Assembly (NCBI GenBank): GCA_022565335.1
Contig: JAIUMY010000001.1
Location: forward strand, 7,817-71,816
Direction of reading: 5' to 3'
DNA length: 64,000 bases
DNA from: Opitutales bacterium
GTDB taxonomy: Bacteria > Verrucomicrobiota > Verrucomicrobiia > Opitutales > T3Sed10-336
In this document: positions 1 to 8,551 of the stretch, piece by piece
Layout of the letters: every line of letters starts with the position of its first letter
Position numbering within the stretch: position 1 is the first letter of the stretch
The notes under the pieces: generated by a model
Told to the model about the DNA's origin: nothing
What the model saw: only the letters and a program-made list of their open reading frames with translations
Databases searched by the model: none
Translations under genes and position numbers: made by a program

Positions 1-1740
1 ACTCTCTTTTAGCGTATCAGCTACCGCCAGTAAACCGGCCGCCTTTCCATCAATGGCCACCAGCATGACCGTCTTCCCCTCCGATTCCAATTCTTCGGCC
101 TTCTCCAGAAGTTTCCCATCCGAAGCCACCTCTTCCTCTTCCCACAAACGCCGGTTGCCTACCAGCACCGTCTGCTCCCCGACCTTTCCCCGCACCCCGC
201 GGGCGGTCAATGCTTCAAAACCCTCCGGCTCCGTCACCTTCAACTCCCGTTCCCGCGCTCCGGCGACAATGGCCTCGGCCAAAGGGTGTTCGGAGGCGTT
301 TTCCAGCGAGGCCGCAGAGCGCAAAACCTCCTCCTCGGAAAAATCTTCCCCGCTCACCACCTCGGTGAGGGCCGGAGTCCCCTTGGTCAGGGTTCCGGTT
401 TTATCCAAAACCAACCAACGAATATCCCTGAACTTTTGTATGGCTTCCCCCGACCGAATCAAAATCCCCTGCTGCGCGCCCAAACCGGAGCTCACCATCA
501 ACGCCGTTGGAGTGGCCAACCCCAAGGCGCAGGGACAGGAGATCACCAGTACTGCTACCCCCGCCAGCAAGGCCAAAGACAGCGTTCCGCGTTCCGGGTC
601 AACCCAGGGGAGGACCCCATCCGCGGCCTCCAATACCGGCATGAGAGCCTGCGGAAAAAGAAGCCAAAAAAGAAAGGTTAACAACGAAAGCCCCAGCACA
701 AAGGGGACAAAATAGGCCGTTATCCGGTCTGCCAATTCCTGCACCGGCACCTTGGACCCCTGCGCCTCTTCGATCAATTTCACCACCTGCGCCAGAAAAG
801 TATCCTTTCCCACCTTGGTGGCCCGCACCTTCAAGCGGCCCTCCTTGTTCAGCGTTGCCCCGAGGACCTCATCCCCGGTCGAACGCTCGACCGGTACCGA
901 CTCGCCGGTGGCCAGGGATTCGTCCACATGGCTGGACCCCTCCACCACTTCGCCATCAGTGGGAATTTTCTCGCCTGGCCGGATAATCATCAAGTCACCC
1001 TCCTGCAGTTCCTTCACCGGGACTTCGACTGTTTCCCCATCTCGCTCGACCCGGGCAGTCCGGGCACCCATATGCAGAAGCTTACGGATTGCTTGCGAAG
1101 CCTTCCCTTTGGCCCGGGTCTCCAGGTAGCGTCCCAGCAAGTGAAAGGCCATGATCGTTGCCGCCATTTCAATGAAAGAGGTCATTGGCGTAAAAAAGCC
1201 AACCAGCCCAATCAAATAGGGTGGCAAACTGCCCAGAGAAATCAGCACATCCATATTGGCCGTTCCGTTCAAAAGCGAGCGAAAGGCCGACCGGTGGGTT
1301 TCCCAACCAGCATAAAACACCACCGGAATAGCCAAAAGGGCAATGATCGCCAAATACCCGGGAATCGGAACCCAAAGCATATGCGGCATCATGAGAAGCA
1401 TTATCAGGGTCGTCGGAATGATGGCGATCCACAGGTTTTTCCAGGCCTTGGCCAAATACGCTTCCTCGGCATCTCCCTGGCTCTCCTCTCCCGAGCCCTC
1501 TTCTCCCTCCCGATAAATCTCATCAACGTCGTAGCCCGCTTTTTCGATGGTCTCCCGAACCATCTCCACCGATAGCTCTTTGTCCTTCGGGTAAACCACC
1601 ACCCTCTTGCGGGCGGTATTGGTTTCCACCGACTGGACCTGCGGCAAACGTTCGAGGGATTTTTTTACCAACCCCGCACAGTGGTTACTGCACATACCGG
1701 GTACCCCGACGACAAACTCCGACAAATTTTCACTTTTCAT
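1..1740 (-). CDS. copA: Heavy-metal (Cu+) translocating P-type ATPase, 3' end runs off the window
   Basis: Absent from the ORF track because its stop lies left of the window. My minus-strand translation from the ATG (CAT at 1738-1740) gives MKSENLSEFVVGVPGMCSNHCAGLVKK (GMxCxxC metal-binding domain). Further on are the CPC membrane metal site (VISCPCALGLATP) and the DKTGTLT phosphorylation motif. Plus-strand ORFs 53..715, 286..681, 752..1129 and 928..1575 are antisense shadows. Confidence 0.9.
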   Translation of the reverse strand, partial: MKSENLSEFVVGVPGMCSNHCAGLVKKSLERLPQVQSVETNTARKRVVVYPKDKELSVEMVRETIEKAGYDVDEIYREGEEGSGEESQGDAEEAYLAKAWKNLWIAIIPTTLIMLLMMPHMLWVPIPGYLAIIALLAIPVVFYAGWETHRSAFRSLLNGTANMDVLISLGSLPPYLIGLVGFFTPMTSFIEMAATIMAFHLLGRYLETRAKGKASQAIRKLLHMGARTARVERDGETVEVPVKELQEGDLMIIRPGEKIPTDGEVVEGSSHVDESLATGESVPVERSTGDEVLGATLNKEGRLKVRATKVGKDTFLAQVVKLIEEAQGSKVPVQELADRITAYFVPFVLGLSLLTFLFWLLFPQALMPVLEAADGVLPWVDPERGTLSLALLAGVAVLVISCPCALGLATPTALMVSSGLGAQQGILIRSGEAIQKFRDIRWLVLDKTGTLTKGTPALTEVVSGEDFSEEEVLRSAASLENASEHPLAEAIVAGARERELKVTEPEGFEALTARGVRGKVGEQTVLVGNRRLWEEEEVASDGKLLEKAEELESEGKTVMLVAIDGKAAGLLAVADTLKES

Positions 1741-1942
1741 ACACCCAACCTAACAAAAGCCAGGTCTTGGGGCAATGATCTGCTGAATATCCTGAAAAAG
1801 CTCGGGCCGATGGAATGGCACCCGCCTCCCCCAAAAAAGCTCCCTGCGGCGCACTTTCCCCGCGCTCATGGAACTTCTGGTGCTTGCGACTGGGAGTAAG
1901 CCAACCTTACCCAAGCCACTTTTCCCAGCAAGTATGAAGGAT

Positions 1943-1993
1943 CAGTTGAACATCCTTCCGCCCCCCAACTTGCCCTGTGGGAAAATTTTTCGG
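1943..1993. repeat. 51-bp perfect direct repeat, left copy (cagttgaacatccttccgccccccaacttgccctgtgggaaaatttttcgg)
   Basis: Identical 51-mer found again at 3832..3882 by direct reading. Confidence 0.9.
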
Positions 1994-2117
1994 CGAATCC
2001 CTTGCGCTGTGCAAAAAGGAAGGAAAATGTTACCATAATGCACCCATTGTGTACCTTTAAGAGATGTTTTTGATTGGGATTCAGAAAAAGAACTCTGATT
2101 AAAGGCTGAGCGAGGCC

Positions 2118-2250
2118 TCAGGATTGTTGCGCGCAGTGATCTCGCCAAGCGGGATCTCCGCTAGCGGCCTGAAAAGGGGCGACATTTCCGTTTTCCGAAG
2201 CATTGCGCTCAGGGGCACAAGGCCCCCGTTCGCTTTTTTGCCCCCAAGCA
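2118..2250 (-). repeat. Family-A modular repeat, partial copy in inverted orientation
   Basis: Contains ttgcgctcaggggcacaaggcccccgttcgctttt and aggggcgacatttccg, the reverse complement of blocks seen at 25.5, 32.1 and 33.6 kb. Confidence 0.6.
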
Positions 2251-2265
2251 GCCCCCCCCTTTGGC

Positions 2266-2434
2266 GCATATGCGTCACCCTAAAAGATAGATCGGGCTTT
2301 CAGTCCTTACTTTGGTAGCGAAGCGCTTTTAAGAGGAGCAAGGACAGGCGAGAGCCTTGGCGAAAGCGGGCCCAAAAGGCTGAAGGCCCGACCTATTCGG
2401 TAGCATCCAAAGCCCTTAGGTTGACGCATATGCG
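2266..2434. repeat. ~170-bp imperfect palindromic (MITE-like) element
   Basis: The 19-nt termini cgcatatgcgtcaccctaa (2266-2284) and ttaggttgacgcatatgcg (2416-2434) are reverse complements with 1 mismatch. Inner arms (gatagatcgggctttcagtcc / ggctgaaggcccgacctattc) also pair. Confidence 0.6.
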
Positions 2435-2615
2435 ATCAGCGGGAGTGTATAAAAAACATTCTTTTTCCGCTCGGCGGTGCAGAGCTGTGTGCGATCCGTG
2501 TCCAGATCCGCGCGAAATTTGCCTATTCGTGCCATATTAAGTTTGCAACTAATTCATTAATAGGATTTAGTGAATAATAATGATCCGCGCATAGATCCGC
2601 GCGAAACCCTCTGGT

Positions 2616-3815
2616 ATGAATGTTTATAGCCGAATTTCCGCAATGGAGCCCCTGCTGCCCCGGCAGGGCAGGGCAGAGCTTTCGGAGCTTTCGTCGGAAC
2701 TCTTGCGGAAGATCGGTCGGCTGTCCGGACAGGTGCATTCACCGGTGGTGAGGGGGAAGCTCGCCGTGCTGCTGCGGTGGATGAACTGCTACTATTCAAA
2801 TCTGATCGAAGGGCACAAGACGGAGCCCCGGGCAATCGAGCAGGCGCTGCAGGCAGACTACTCGGACGATCCGAAAAAGCGGGAAAATCAGAAATTAAGC
2901 CACGCACATATCGAGGTGGAATCCTTGATGGTGGAACGTTTGGAGAATGCTTCCACAGCGATCTACGAACCGGCGTTCCTTCAATGGCTGCATCGCGAGT
3001 TTTACGAGCGCCTCCCAGAGTCCATGCGGGTGGCCAAGACCCGAAGCGGGGAGACTTATCGGATCGTCCCCGGGGCGTTACGCGACTTCATGGTGGACGT
3101 GGGGCGTCACACGCCCCCGCACTACGGGAGCCTGAGCGCATTTTTGGAGCGCTTTTGTGCCTGCTATGGGGGGCGTGGGATTTACGAGACGGATCGTTTG
3201 AGCGCGATCGCGGCGGCGCATCACCGATTGGGGTGGATCCATCCCTTCGGCGACGGAAACGGACGTGTGATGCGGCTATACTCGCAGGCCATGCTGGTGA
3301 GGCATAAACTCGACGGGGCAGGGCTGTGGAGTCTCTCGCGCGGACTCGCCCGCCAACGTCAAAATTATTATTCCTATCTTGATCGGGCCGACCAACCGCG
3401 ACAGGGCGATCGTGACGGGCGGGGCAATCTCACCGACCGGGGCCTGGCAGATTTTTGCACGTTTTTTCTCGAAACGATGCTGGATCAGGTGGACTTCATG
3501 AGCGCTCGTCTGGATTTGCCCGGTCTGCGGGCTCGTATTGAGCGCTTCTTTCAGTTTGAGATGATGCACCTGGGCAAGGACGCAGAGTTTCTGATGCGAG
3601 TGGTGCGGGCACTGGCGGACGAAGGCGAGTTTCCGCGGGCGCGGGTACAGGTGGTCACCGGGCGCAAGGAAACCTTCTGCCGCCGCATCATCCGATTGGG
3701 CCTGGATGAGGGTTTGATCGAGAGTCCGCTGCCAAAAGGAGTCCTGCGCATTTCATTCCCGGCCAAAGTGCTGGATGGCTACTTCCCAAAGCTGTATCTG
3801 GACTTGGAGACATGA
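2616..3815 (+). CDS. Fic family protein (AMPylase-type), class II with N-terminal inhibitory helix
   Basis: Canonical Fic motif HPFGDGNGRVMR. SNLIEG matches the [ST]xxxE[GN] auto-inhibition motif upstream of it. Confidence 0.9.
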   Translation: MNVYSRISAMEPLLPRQGRAELSELSSELLRKIGRLSGQVHSPVVRGKLAVLLRWMNCYYSNLIEGHKTEPRAIEQALQADYSDDPKKRENQKLSHAHIEVESLMVERLENASTAIYEPAFLQWLHREFYERLPESMRVAKTRSGETYRIVPGALRDFMVDVGRHTPPHYGSLSAFLERFCACYGGRGIYETDRLSAIAAAHHRLGWIHPFGDGNGRVMRLYSQAMLVRHKLDGAGLWSLSRGLARQRQNYYSYLDRADQPRQGDRDGRGNLTDRGLADFCTFFLETMLDQVDFMSARLDLPGLRARIERFFQFEMMHLGKDAEFLMRVVRALADEGEFPRARVQVVTGRKETFCRRIIRLGLDEGLIESPLPKGVLRISFPAKVLDGYFPKLYLDLET

Positions 3816-3828
3816 AAGTAAACCGAAG

Positions 3829-3970
3829 GTGCAGTTGAACATCCTTCCGCCCCCCAACTTGCCCTGTGGGAAAATTTTTCGGACGGTGATCTTCGGCCAA
3901 TTTGTCCTCTATGGCGGGACCGCAGTGGCCCTACGCGATGGGCACCGAGAACCCATGGATTTCGATTTTT
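3829..3970 (+). pseudogene. 5' fragment of an AbiEii/nucleotidyltransferase-toxin-like gene
   Basis: The frame of ORF 3775..4056 reads FVLYGGTAVALRDGHREPMDFDFFS. This resembles the (L/F)vGGTAlAL..GHR.S.D.D.F N-terminal signature of that family as I recall it. Only about 45 codons remain before it runs into yefM sequence in another frame. Confidence 0.4.
3832..3882. repeat. 51-bp perfect direct repeat, right copy
   Basis: Identical to 1943..1993. Confidence 0.9.
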
Positions 3971-4177
3971 TCTCGAGTTTGTCTCGACCGGGATCCGGTG
4001 ATCATCACCCGCAAGCGGGAGCAATCCGTCGTTATGATTTCTCTGGAAGATTATGAAGCCCTCGAGGAAACGGCCTACCTCCTGCGCAGTCCCGCCAACG
4101 CGAAACGCTTGGCCGAGTCAATCGAAGCGGCGGAACAAGGGAAGGTTATCGAAAAAACAATTGCCTTGGACGAATGA
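3902..4177 (+). CDS. yefM: YefM/Phd-family antitoxin with non-canonical N-terminus
   Basis: DPVIITRKREQSVVMISLEDYEALEETAYLLRSPANAKRLAESIEAAE is textbook YefM. It has a 4-nt ATGA overlap with yoeB. The first ~25 residues do not look like YefM. Confidence 0.7.
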   Translation: MSSMAGPQWPYAMGTENPWISIFSRVCLDRDPVIITRKREQSVVMISLEDYEALEETAYLLRSPANAKRLAESIEAAEQGKVIEKTIALDE

Positions 4178-4431
4178 ACGTTACCTTCACCCCGCAAGCT
4201 TGGGAGGATTACCTGTATTGGCAGAAAACCGATAAGAAAACCCTAAAGAGAATTCATCTGTTGATTCAGGATATTCAGCGTTCTCCCCATGAAGGTATCG
4301 GCAAACCAGAGGCCTTGGAATATAACTTGAGCGGCTACTGGTCCCGCCGGATCACCGAGGAACAGCGGATTGTCTACAAGCCATTCGAACGTGGAATCAC
4401 CTTTGTCCAGATGCGATACCACTATCAATAA
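4174..4431 (+). CDS. yoeB: YoeB/Txe-family toxin (ribosome-dependent mRNA interferase)
   Basis: The 85-aa product (WEDYLYWQKTDKKTLKRI..GIGKPEAL.YNLSGYWSRRITEEQRIVY..RYHY) is collinear with E. coli YoeB as remembered. Confidence 0.9.
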   Translation: MNVTFTPQAWEDYLYWQKTDKKTLKRIHLLIQDIQRSPHEGIGKPEALEYNLSGYWSRRITEEQRIVYKPFERGITFVQMRYHYQ

Positions 4432-4482
4432 AGGAATCTGATTCTATTTGAAGAAATCCTCCCGAAAGACTAGAAAAGCGTT

Positions 4483-5712
4483 ATGCCCGGAGCTTTTCAT
4501 ATTATGACCAAACCGGTCGGGGCGGCTTGCAATTTGGCTTGTCGTTATTGCTTTTACCTCGAAAAATCGGCCCTCTACCCAAAAAAGGAAGCGAGCCGGA
4601 TGAAGCCGGAGGTCCTGCGTGAATACATCCGGCAATATATCGAATCACAATCCACCCCGGAGGTAGTCTTCGCCTGGCAGGGCGGCGAACCCACACTGTA
4701 TGGGCTGGACGGTTTTCGCCGGATCGTTGCCTGGCAGGAGGAATTCGCCGGAGGCAAAAGCATCCGCAACTCCCTCCAAACCAATGGCACCCTCATCAAC
4801 AAAGAATGGGCAGGCTTTCTGCGGAAACACCAATTTCTGGTCGGCATCAGCATCGACGGGCCAGCCGATTTGCACGATACCTTCCGGGTGGACCGCCGGG
4901 GGGGCGCGACCTTTGCCGAGGTATTGCGGGGCCTCAAACTCCTGCGCAAACACCAGGTGGAATTTAACACCCTGACCGTGGTCAATCGCCGCAACGCCCG
5001 GCACCCGGACCGGATTTATGACTTTTTGGACAAAATCGGCTCCCGCTTTTGGCAGTTCATTCCCGTAGTGGAGCGAATGCCGACGGACGGCGCCTCCTGC
5101 CAGAGCCCGGGCCCCACCCTCTCCCCGGCTCCCTCGCCGGGTCAACCCTCCGACGAACGCGCCAAAGTCACCCCGTGGAGCGTCAACCCCCGGGAATACG
5201 GCGACTTCATGTGCCGGATCTTCGACCGCTGGGTGGCCAAGGACGTCGGCCGGATTTTTGTCCAGGCTTTCGATACCGCCTTTGCCCAGTGGCTCGGCCA
5301 GCCCTCCCCGCTATGTGTCCACGCCAGGGAATGCGGCAACGCCATGGCGATGGAATACAACGGCGATTTGTATGCCTGCGACCACTACGTCTATCCCGAC
5401 CACCGGCTGGGCAATCTGATGAAAACCCCTTTATCGGAACTCGCCAAAGACCCGAGGCAAATCGCCTTTGGCCAAGCCAAGGCCACCACCCTTCCGGAGA
5501 AATGCCGTCAGTGCCCCTGGCTTTTTGCCTGTGCCGGAGGCTGCCCCAAACAACGTTTTGTTCCGCCCGAAAAAGGGACTCACCCGGAAAACTACCTGTG
5601 CGAAGGCTATTTTCATTTTTTTGAACACATCGACCCCGCCATGCGAACCATGGCCGAACTCTACCAGAGAGGTCTGCCTCCAGCCCAGATTATGAAAACC
5701 GGAATCTTGTAG
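4483..5712 (+). CDS. Anaerobic sulfatase-maturating enzyme (radical SAM/SPASM)
   Basis: CNLACRYCFY CxxxCxxC cluster near the N-terminus. Cys-rich SPASM region (CVHARECGN..YACDHY, CRQCPWLFACAGGCP). Confidence 0.85.
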   Translation: MPGAFHIMTKPVGAACNLACRYCFYLEKSALYPKKEASRMKPEVLREYIRQYIESQSTPEVVFAWQGGEPTLYGLDGFRRIVAWQEEFAGGKSIRNSLQTNGTLINKEWAGFLRKHQFLVGISIDGPADLHDTFRVDRRGGATFAEVLRGLKLLRKHQVEFNTLTVVNRRNARHPDRIYDFLDKIGSRFWQFIPVVERMPTDGASCQSPGPTLSPAPSPGQPSDERAKVTPWSVNPREYGDFMCRIFDRWVAKDVGRIFVQAFDTAFAQWLGQPSPLCVHARECGNAMAMEYNGDLYACDHYVYPDHRLGNLMKTPLSELAKDPRQIAFGQAKATTLPEKCRQCPWLFACAGGCPKQRFVPPEKGTHPENYLCEGYFHFFEHIDPAMRTMAELYQRGLPPAQIMKTGIL

Positions 5713-5748
5713 CGTCCGCTAATCTTTCCCCGTTCACATCTCTGCCCC

Positions 5749-8370
5749 ATGACCGACAACCACCCCCACTCCCTCCCCTCGGGACAAGCCCCCATCTCCA
5801 CCGGACACGCGGGACTCGACACCCTGATCGACCGCTTTCGCCTTGGCGATAACGTCGTTTGGCATGTGGATTCGTTGGAGGATTACCGGTATTTTGCCAA
5901 CTTGTTTGTGCAGGAGGCACGGGCCAAGAAGGCGCGGGTGATCTACATTCGTTTCGGGGAACACGATGAGATTGTTGATTCCTCCCTGGACGGGGTGGAA
6001 ACCATTCAATTGGACCCTTCCCGGGGCTTTGAACAATGCACCGAAGAGGTGACCATGCTGGCCACCAAAAACGGCGAGGAGGTTTTCTATGTCTTCGATT
6101 CCCTCACCGAATTGGTCCGCCCCTGGTCCACCGATGAACTGGTCGCCAACTTCTTTCAAACCGCCTGTCCCCTTTTATTCGAACTTCGCACCATCGCCTT
6201 TTTTGCGCTCCAGCGGGGACACCATTCCAATCAGACCATTGCCCGTATCTACAACACTACCCAGGTATTTGTGGAATCGTTTCACCACCAGGGAGAGCGT
6301 TACATGAAAATGATCAAGGTCTGGGATCGCTACTCCTCCACCATGTTTTTCACCCAGCGGGTGGTCGGCGATCGCCTCGAACCCGTTTTCGATCAGCTGA
6401 AAAACCTGGGGGCCTCGGACGATGTGGAACCCAGCGCGGAATCGCCCTGGGACACCCTGCAAGGGCGCTTGGATCATGTGGAACAAGTTGGCGTTGAGAA
6501 AATTCCGCCCGAGGATCTGGCCGCCTTGCGTCATGAATTCTCCCGTCTCCTTATCGGCCGTCACCCGGTTTTCACCCAACTGGCCGACCGGTATTTCACC
6601 ATTGAATCCCTTTTCTCGATACGCCAAAGGCTGATCGGCAGCGGCCGTATCGGGGGCAAGGCGGTAGGCATGTTACTGGCAAGGGAAATTCTCAAGGATG
6701 AGCGCGACGGGCTGCAGGACCCCGGTGTTTTGGCGGATCATGACTCGTTTTATATCGGCTCCGATGTTTTCTATACCTTTATCGTCCGCAATGACCTTTT
6801 CCGTCTGCGCCTGGAACGCACCCGAGCCACTCCCGACAAAGACCAATGCCCCGATTTTGAAACCGTGGAGCAACGTTTCCTCGCCGGCTCATTCCCCCCG
6901 ATGATTGCTTCGGAACTGCGAAGCATGCTCGAATACTTCGGTGAAAATCCCATCATCGTGCGCTCCAGTAGTCTTTTGGAGGATAGTTTCGGCGGAGCTT
7001 TTGCCGGCAAATACCGGAGCGAGTTCTGTCCCAACCAAGGTTCCCTGGAACAACGCATGGAGCAGCTTACTCAGGCCATCAAGCTGGTTTATGCCAGTTC
7101 CCTCAGCGATGATGCCATTTCCTACCGCCGCCGTCGTAGTCTCGAAGGCAAAGAGGAACTCATGGCTATCCTGGTGCAAAAAGTTGCCGGCACCCGTCAT
7201 CGACAATACTTTTTTCCTTCCTTGGCCGGAGTCGCCTTATCGCGAAATTTGTATTGCTGGAATGACCGTATCGATCCGCACAAAGGGGTGGTTCGCCTGG
7301 TTTTTGGCCTGGGCACACGGGCTGTCGACCGGGTGGGCGGGGATTATCCCCGCCTGATTGCCTGCAGCCACCCACACCTGCGCCCCGAGGTGGGGGCCGA
7401 AGCCGCCAAATACTCCCAGCACGAAATGGATGTCCTGGACCTCGAAACCAACACCTTCCGTACCTTGCCCGTGTTTGATGTGGTAGAGAGGGCCCACTAT
7501 CCGAATTTCCACTACATGGTCTCCATTCGGCATGAGGATTACCTGGAGGATCCCTTCAGCCGTTTTCTCGACCCTAACGCGGAATACAGTCTTTCCTTCA
7601 ACAACCTTCTTCGCCGCACCTCTTTCGCCCGCCTGGTCTCCGAAGCCTTGCAAGCCCTCGAAAAAGCCTATGGTCATCCGGTGGACGTGGAATTTACCGC
7701 CGCCATCGAAAAAGGAGGAGCCTTGCAGTTCAACCTGCTGCAATGTCGTCCCCTCTGGAATGAGAGCAAAGCCAAACCGGTTGAGTTTCCGAAAAACCTT
7801 CCTGATGAAAAAGTCCTCTTTACCGCCGACCGGGTCATTACCGGTGGGGTGGTGGAAAATATTCGCTACATCGTTTATATCGATCCCGAGACCTACGATA
7901 ACATTCCCTACCCGCCCGACCGCAAAATGCTGGGCCGGGTGGTCGGACGCCTCAACAGTCACCCGCTTTTTGCCAAGCACCCTTTCATCCTCATGGGACC
8001 CGGCCGTTGGGGCAGCGGCAATGTGGACCTGGGAGTAAATGTCAGTTATGCCGATATCGACAACACCAATGTGTTGATCGAATTATCCACCGAAAGCGAG
8101 GGACATTCCCCCGAAGTATCCTACGGGACTCACTTCTTCCAGGACCTGGTAGAGGAGAAAATCATTTATTTACCGGTTTTCACCGAAAAACCAGACTCAC
8201 GCTTCCAACACAAATTTTTCCTTCAATCGCCCAACCGGTTGGCCGAGCTTCTGCCCGAATACGAAACTCTAACCGAGGCCATCCGGGTAATCGATCTACA
8301 CGCCGAAAACCAAAACGGCCGCCTCGTCGCCGACGCCCGCAACCAAAAGGCCATCCTGTTTCTGGAATAA
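5749..8370 (+). CDS. PEP/pyruvate-binding (PPDK_N ATP-grasp) domain protein with degenerate KaiC/RecA-like N-terminal domain
   Basis: IGSGRIGGKAVGMLLA and VRSSSLLEDSFGGAFAGKYRSEF match the PpsA/PPDK nucleotide-binding domain. There is no TSHA-type phospho-His motif. The N-terminal STGHAGLDTLIDRFRLGDNVVW resembles KaiC-type ATPases but lacks a P-loop. Confidence 0.7.
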   Translation: MTDNHPHSLPSGQAPISTGHAGLDTLIDRFRLGDNVVWHVDSLEDYRYFANLFVQEARAKKARVIYIRFGEHDEIVDSSLDGVETIQLDPSRGFEQCTEEVTMLATKNGEEVFYVFDSLTELVRPWSTDELVANFFQTACPLLFELRTIAFFALQRGHHSNQTIARIYNTTQVFVESFHHQGERYMKMIKVWDRYSSTMFFTQRVVGDRLEPVFDQLKNLGASDDVEPSAESPWDTLQGRLDHVEQVGVEKIPPEDLAALRHEFSRLLIGRHPVFTQLADRYFTIESLFSIRQRLIGSGRIGGKAVGMLLAREILKDERDGLQDPGVLADHDSFYIGSDVFYTFIVRNDLFRLRLERTRATPDKDQCPDFETVEQRFLAGSFPPMIASELRSMLEYFGENPIIVRSSSLLEDSFGGAFAGKYRSEFCPNQGSLEQRMEQLTQAIKLVYASSLSDDAISYRRRRSLEGKEELMAILVQKVAGTRHRQYFFPSLAGVALSRNLYCWNDRIDPHKGVVRLVFGLGTRAVDRVGGDYPRLIACSHPHLRPEVGAEAAKYSQHEMDVLDLETNTFRTLPVFDVVERAHYPNFHYMVSIRHEDYLEDPFSRFLDPNAEYSLSFNNLLRRTSFARLVSEALQALEKAYGHPVDVEFTAAIEKGGALQFNLLQCRPLWNESKAKPVEFPKNLPDEKVLFTADRVITGGVVENIRYIVYIDPETYDNIPYPPDRKMLGRVVGRLNSHPLFAKHPFILMGPGRWGSGNVDLGVNVSYADIDNTNVLIELSTESEGHSPEVSYGTHFFQDLVEEKIIYLPVFTEKPDSRFQHKFFLQSPNRLAELLPEYETLTEAIRVIDLHAENQNGRLVADARNQKAILFLE

Positions 8371-8551
8371 CAGAGGGGGCAGATTCCCTTTTGTAAAACC
8401 TCCGTTTGGGCTTTCATCCTAAATTTGCCTTGGATGAGATGGGAACCACAAGCCCAACAAGAGTGACACAGGTTATTCGCAATGGTGGTCCTCTGAAAAA
8501 CATTCGACTATTTCCGCCGCGACAATATGGTCACCCTCGAATCCTGACTCC

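Noticed and set aside
53-1575. Plus-strand ORFs 53..715, 286..681, 752..1129 and 928..1575.
   Set aside because: Their low-complexity, P/S/R-rich translations are typical of antisense frames in GC-rich DNA. The minus strand encodes a textbook P-type ATPase across the same span.
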